A stretch of DNA of 24,231 nucleotides from Octopus sinensis. Its lineage: Eukaryota. The position numbers were made by a program, and so were the translations under genes. Below are positions 18,859 to 24,231 of the stretch, one piece after another. Position 1 is the stretch's first letter. Every line of letters starts with the position of its first letter. The stretch covers positions 1-24,231 of the forward strand of contig NW_021836070.1 in assembly GCF_006345805.1 (NCBI RefSeq), in the 5' to 3' direction. The notes under the pieces were generated by a model, which was given only the letters and a program-made list of their open reading frames with translations, was not told the DNA's origin and searched no databases.

Positions 18859-18870
18859 AGCTATTTCGGC
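18859..18870 (+). promoter_or_regulatory. Primer-binding site of family A, AGCTATTTCGGC
   Basis: Abuts the LTR CA; identical to the B PBS; complement of tRNA-Phe nt 1-12. Confidence 0.8.
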
Positions 18871-18925
18871 AAATAATCACTCGGTTTCGTAAAAAATAAA
18901 AATAGAAAATTATGCATGCAGTGCT

Positions 18926-19675
18926 ATGGTTTCACGCGAGCCTATAACACCGTTTTGCGGCGACACCGATGTGGTCGCTTGGTTGAAGAGGGTAAGTTGG
19001 GGCGAAGCTCCACGGTATAGCTGACCTGGCTAGTTTTATGCCGTTGTATTTGGATGGCCCGGCCTTGGCGTTATATTTAGAGATGGAGGAGACGGACCAA
19101 CTCAGCGCAGATAAAGTGGAGATCCGACTTATGGAGGCCTTCGCGGAAGGAATGTTTGAAGCGTACGGTCTCGGCTGGGTAGAATGAGATGGACCGGACA
19201 ACAGGTGGACGTGTTCGCCGGTGAGCTTAGAAGGTTGGCTAAACTGGCGGTATATGAGGGAGAGTCGCTAGAACGGACGGTTAGGTTAGCGTTCGTGACC
19301 CGGCTTTCCCGACATCATGTCGGTCGAGCTACAGAAGCTTCCGAAAATGCGTTCGATGCCGATGGTCGATATCATATCGCGGGCACGTGTACTGGTTTCG
19401 TGCATCAGGTTGACGTCGGTAGCAGCGACTGTAACGTCGAAAAGTGGCCCAGCTAGGAGCAACGGAGAGGGGCTGAGGAAAGAACGAACGGTGCGATCGT
19501 TCAAAGGACAGTGTTTCCGGTGCCAAGGCCCACACATGGTCCGCGACTGCGCGTCGCCAAGCTTGAGGTGATTTGCTACCGGTGTGTCGAGAGCCAGGGC
19601 ATGTAGCCAGCAAGTGTCTGCGGGGAAACGGACCGCGGGAGACTACTGCGCCGGGTTAGTTGTCCTTTGGATTAG
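18926..19675 (+). pseudogene. gag: A2 gag, frameshifted
   Basis: MVSREPITPFCGDTDVVAWLKRV..LASFMPLYLDGPALALYLEM..CFRCQGPHMVRDC aligns with B gag; slippery GGGAAAC at 19623-19629. Confidence 0.85.
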
Positions 19676-22515
19676 TAGCGGCGCGTTTATCATCGTTCCC
19701 TGTGGTCGACATTCTGGTGAAGGGGAAGATGTCGCGAGCCCTGGTGGACACGGGCTGTACGACGACCCTGATGACCACAGATGTGGGAGACGTGGAGTGG
19801 AGGAAGCAGTGTTAGGGCAGTGACGGAGAGAAGTTCACTGCGAAGGGGATACGGATGCGCAGATTGTGGTGCAGGGACTAGAGCTGACGTTGCGAGCGAT
19901 TGTGGTTGGTCACTTGGTGGACGAGATCGACGTGGTGATGGGGATGGATGCAATCACCCGTTTGGGAGGTGTCACCGTCAACGAGGCTGGCGTAACGTTT
20001 GGGTTAGCGGGGAAACCGTGTAGGGCGAGACCACGCACCGACGACAACCGTGAGGAAAATGATGCGGCGCACACCATTGAAGACCAGGATTTTCGGACTG
20101 TCTTTGATGGCGAGAGGTGGACAGTGGAGTGGCACTTGAAGGGAGAGCCCCCGATGTTAAAGAATAAAGTGGGCTGCTATCAGCATACTCTAAAAGGAGA
20201 TGCCAGAATTGAGTTCGAAGGGGAGGTGGAGCGGTGGATTAAGGAGGGCATACTGATCCCTTGGGAAAAAGAAGAGAGCGGAGTCCTGCCACTGTTGGCG
20301 GTGATACAGCCCACAAAGCATAAGGTCAGGCCAGTGCTCTACTTCCCGAGAGCTGAATGACCACGTGTCGTGTCATACAGGCGGCGAGGCCACGGATGTC
20401 TGCGAAGACACCTTGCGAGAGTGGAGGCAGACGACGGGGGCCTCCCGATTGTCGATTTGAAGTCGGCATACCAACAGGTGCATGTGGCTGAGAACTATGG
20501 AAGTACCAGCTCGTCAGGTATAGGGGCCGGACGTACTGTACTGTCTGACCAGGTTGGGATTCGGGCTGAATTCAGCGCCGAAGATTATGGCAACAATTCT
20601 CAAGGCCATCCTGGGGAGGTGGACAGAATAAAAAGGGCCACCAATCATACATCGACGACATTCTGGTGGATGAAACCGTGATACCAGCAACGGAGGTCAT
20701 AGGCCACCTGAAGAGTTTTGGACTGATCGCCAAGCCGCCAGAGGCTATGGAGGGAGGTGCTGCACTGGGCCTCAAGCTATGGAGAGACAAGGCCGGCTCC
20801 TTGGTGTTCCGCGAGGGAATGAGGTCCCTGAACTGGGCCCAGCATGAGTAGAAGGCAACTGTTCTCTGTGTGTGGGAAGCTGGTGGGACACTACCCGATT
20901 GCAGGCTAGCTCCGACAGCATGCTAGCTTCATCAAGACGAGCCGAAGGAGTGAAGTGAATGATGAAGTGGGGGAGAGGACAATCGAAATGATGCAGGAAG
21001 TCTTGGCCAGAGTAGGAGCAGAAGACCCGTGAGGGGCAACTGGTATGTTCCCCAATCAAAGAGCGGTATCGTATGGTGTGACGCCAGTAGCATCGCAATA
21101 GGTTGTCTTGGAAGTGGGAGGTGTCACGTGGAAGATGCGGCCTGGCTCAGGAAGATGGATGACTGCAATCATATCAACGTGGCGGAGTTGGATGCCGTGC
21201 TGAAGGGGTGAACCTAGCCTTGAAGTGGGGTTTGCACACCATAGAAATCAGGACTGATTCGGCCACTGTACTTGGTTGGGCGACAGCGTCATCACCGATG
21301 AGTGGAGGGTGCGGACCAAAGGGGCTGCAGAGATGCTGGTAAAGCGTCGATTAGGAATACTGCGTGAACTAACCACTGAGTTCAATCTGAAGCTGAGCGT
21401 GATCTTTGTGCCTTCCGAGAAGAACAGGGCAGACGTCCTGACCAGGGTAAAGCGAGCCTGGTTGCCGGTGCCAGAGGATGCGAAGCAGGCTGTAGCTGCT
21501 GTATGCCGTCTGAGCGACTCGGAGTTACGGATACTACACACCATGCATCACATGGGTGTGGACAGGACATTGTTCCTGGCCAGAAAAGTTGACTCCGACG
21601 TAACAAGACAGAGCGTGCAGAGAGTGGTTAGGAGTTGTGACAGGTGCCAGTCCATCGACCCTGCTCCGGTCGTGCATGAAGCGGGAAGTATTCCAGTGGA
21701 CCAGGACTGGAGACGACTGGCGGTGGACATAACACACTACCGGCAGGGGACATACCTCTCAATGATTGACTGCAGACCGGGGCGGGTGAAGGGAGATGAA
21801 GTCGGGGACCGCAGAAGAAATTGTGAAAGTGTTGAATGAGATATTCCTGGAACGAGGCCCCGTGGATGAACTGCTTCTGGACAACGGCACTGCATTTCGC
21901 TCGGATGTGCTGAGAGAAATGCTTGATGAGTGGAAGGTCAACCGCTTCTTCAGGGCGGCATACCGGCCAAGTGGAAACGGGGTGGTGGAAAGGCATCATC
22001 GTACCATCAAGGCCATGGCAGAGAGGGGTCACATTTCACCAGTCGAGGCCGTGTTTTGGTACAATATGTCGCCCAGATCAGGACAGGCTGAGGAGTCGGT
22101 CCCACACAGGGCAATATCCAGGTACGAGTGGAGGCATCCCTGTACTACATCAATGCGACCCGGGGCAGAGGAAGAGCACACCTTCGTGCAGGTCGGGGAG
22201 GAAGTCTGGGTAAAACACCCAAACGCACGGTGTAGATCGCAATGGGGAAAGGTGACAATAACCTCCGTAAATTCAAAGAATAACATCTCGGTCGATGGTA
22301 TGCCACGCCACGTTTTGGACATACGGAGGATTGTCCATGCCCCAGAGGATGGGGCCAGCAGCAGTGGGCAAGACGAAAACAACAGACAGGATGACGCTGT
22401 CGGCAGCAACACGCCAAGAACAAGCCCTAGGGTCGCACTGCGATCACAGAGGGAGCGGCACCCTCCTCCCTGGTTGGCTGATTATGACACCAGTTTCAGG
22501 TGCGGGAGTGAGTGA
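19623..22515 (+). pseudogene. pol: pol (PR-RT-RH-IN) of the chimeric A copy, many frameshifts, no internal inversion
   Basis: ORF pieces 19866-20360, 20666-20851, 21276-21839 and 21796-22515 (ending RSQRERHPPPWLADY). Confidence 0.9.
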
Positions 22516-22551
22516 GGAAGCCGGTTCAGTGATCTGTAGATCAGGGGGGCG

Positions 22552-22821
22552 TGTGGTGTGTGGTGAAGGAGTGTGACGGATGGGGGAGAGCGGAAGTGGG
22601 GCTTGCAGGGCTTGCAGGGCTTGCAGGGCGCATGCGCCGGAGGAAGCGGAAGTGACAGGCAGAACGCACGTGCAGCATTGAGGAGTTGCGGAAGACAGGA
22701 CGAAGGGACCAGACGAGCGAGTTGGCTAAAAGCGATCCAAGTTCATCTCCGACGAGGTAAGACCCAATTACATTTCCATTCTCCCTTTTTCTGTTGTACT
22801 CTTTTCACCGTTCACACTACA
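22552..22821 (+). repeat. A1-type 3' LTR, second copy (270 bp)
   Basis: Near-identical to 17226-17487, with one extra GGCTTGCAG unit; followed by CACAC. Confidence 0.93.
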
Positions 22822-23775
22822 CACACACATCCCCCGGTCTGAGATTCGAACCCGCGAATTCTCGACCGCGAGTCCGCTGTTCTAACCACTAGGTTATGTG
22901 CCTCCACTATTCCGCTTATACTTACCACTATTGTTGCAATCATAAGAACACATAAAACATCGGTTGCAAATGTGTGTGCGTGTGTGTGTGTGAGTGTGTA
23001 TGTGTGTGTGTGTGTGTTTCTTGTGAGTGTGTATGCGTGCGTGTGTGTTTGTGTTTGATGTGTGTGCGTGAGTGTGTATGTCTGTTGTAAGTGTGTGTAT
23101 GTGTGCGTGAGTACGTGTATGTTTGTTGTGAGTGTTTGTGTTTGTGTTTGATGTGTGTGCGTGAGTGTGTATGTCTGTTGTGAGTGTGTGTATGTGTGCG
23201 TGAGTACGTGTATGTTTGTTGTGAGTGTGTAAGTGTGCGTGTGTGTTTGTTTGATGTGTGTGCGTGAGTGTGTATGTTTGTTGTTAGTGTGTGTATGTTT
23301 GTTGTGAGTGTATATGTGTGCGTGTGTGTTTGTGTTTGTGCTTGATGTGTGTGTGTGTATGTGTGCGTGAGTGTATGTGTGTTTGTTGTGAGTGTGTATG
23401 TGTGCGTGTGTGTGTGTGCATGTGTGTGTGTAGATGTGTGTATCTATTGGTCTCCTTCAGTCATTCTCTATCTCTCTGTCTTCATCATCCCGCCAGACAC
23501 GCATTTTGAGTCAATCTACGAACGTGTGTTTGATTGCTGTGTGTGTCAGTGTGTGTGTGTGTATGCATGCGCGCTCGGAGGCGCGTTTTTTTGCGTCTGC
23601 TTCTGTGCATGTGCGTAGACTACCAAGATGATGTGCGTGGCAGAAACGTTAGCACGCCGCGCGAAATGCATATCCGTATTTCGTCTGCCGTTACGTTCTG
23701 AGTTTAAATTCCACCGAGGTCGACTTTTCCTTTCATTCTTTCGGGGTCGATAAATTAAGTACTAGTTACGCACTG
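22822..23775. repeat. Segmental duplicate of the A1 3' flank (17488-~18455): SINE head, GT satellite, unique spacer, truncated SINE
   Basis: Same order and near-identical sequence, e.g. TATTCCGCTTATACTTACCACTATTGTTGCAATCATAAGAACAC and GTGTATCTATTGGTCTCCTTCAGTCATTCTC. Confidence 0.92.
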
Positions 23776-24231
23776 CTTCCTCCACTCCACGTGGAGTGGA
23801 GGACGCAGTGTTAGGGCAGTCGACGGAAGAGAAGTGCACTGCGAAGTGCACGTGGAGTGGAGGAAGCAGTGTTAGGGCAGTCGACGGAAGAGAAGAGCAC
23901 TGCGAAGGGGTTACGGATGCACAGATTGTGGTGCAGGGACTACAGCTGACGTTGCGAGCAATTGTGGTTGGTCACTTGGTGAATGACCACGTGTCGTGTC
24001 ATACAGGCGGCGAGGCCACGGATGTCTGCGGAGACACCTTGCGAGAGTGGAAGCAGACGGCGGGGGCCTCCACGATTGTCGATTTAAAGTCGGCATACCT
24101 TCAGGTGCATGTGGCTCAGAAATTATGGAAGTACCAGCTCGTCAGGTATAGGGGCCGGACGTACTGTCTGACCAGGTTGGGATTCGGGCTGAATTCAGCG
24201 CCGAGGATTATGGCAACAATTCTCAAGGCCA
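23771..24231 (+). pseudogene. pol: Third fold-back centre followed by a family A PR-RT fragment with a 61-bp duplication and a ~435-bp deletion; runs off the window
   Basis: CTTCCTCCACTCCAC|GTGGAGTGGAGG centre at 23790/23791; GTCACTTGGT|GAATGACCAC deletion junction at 23980. Confidence 0.85.

Larger units (their letters stand above)
18580..22821 (+). mobile_element. Family A Gypsy, apparently full length but chimeric (A2 5' half, A1-type 3' half)
   Basis: Mismatched LTRs, no TSD (TATA left versus CACAC right), and the 3' flank is identical to A1's flank. Confidence 0.85.

Overview
This window is repeat-only animal genomic DNA, and I can support no host gene in it. The tRNA-derived SINE-like repeats and the (TA)n/(GT)n load resemble what I recall from octopus genomes; that is an inference, with no database search run. 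1-5.6 kb is AT-rich. It holds a decayed CR1/L2-group LINE endonuclease fragment, several SINE-like repeats, microsatellites, the 3' end of a probable RTE LINE, and a fold-back ~361-bp repeat (2162-2972) carrying two copies of a minimal type I hammerhead ribozyme (Penelope/retrozyme-like). 5.6-24.2 kb is a nest of two related compact Ty3/Gypsy families. Family A copy A1 (5600-17487) is inserted in a SINE (TSD CACAC) and is heavily rearranged: a 5' deletion, ~0.9-kb-arm fold-back palindromes and a ~3-kb tandem duplication. A young, nearly intact family B element (5739-9993, minus strand, TSD GGAG) sits inside A1 gag. A chimeric family A copy (18580-22821) ends in a duplicate of A1's 3' LTR and ~0.95 kb of flank. 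The strongest leads are: (1) both Gypsy families share a primer-binding site complementary to the 5' end (nt 1-12) of tRNA-Phe rather than to a tRNA 3' CCA end; (2) the hammerhead repeat has a compensatory U3-A8 core; (3) splice donors and housekeeping-promoter motifs occur in both otherwise unrelated LTRs. Many frame breaks are 1-2 bp indels and may be long-read consensus errors.
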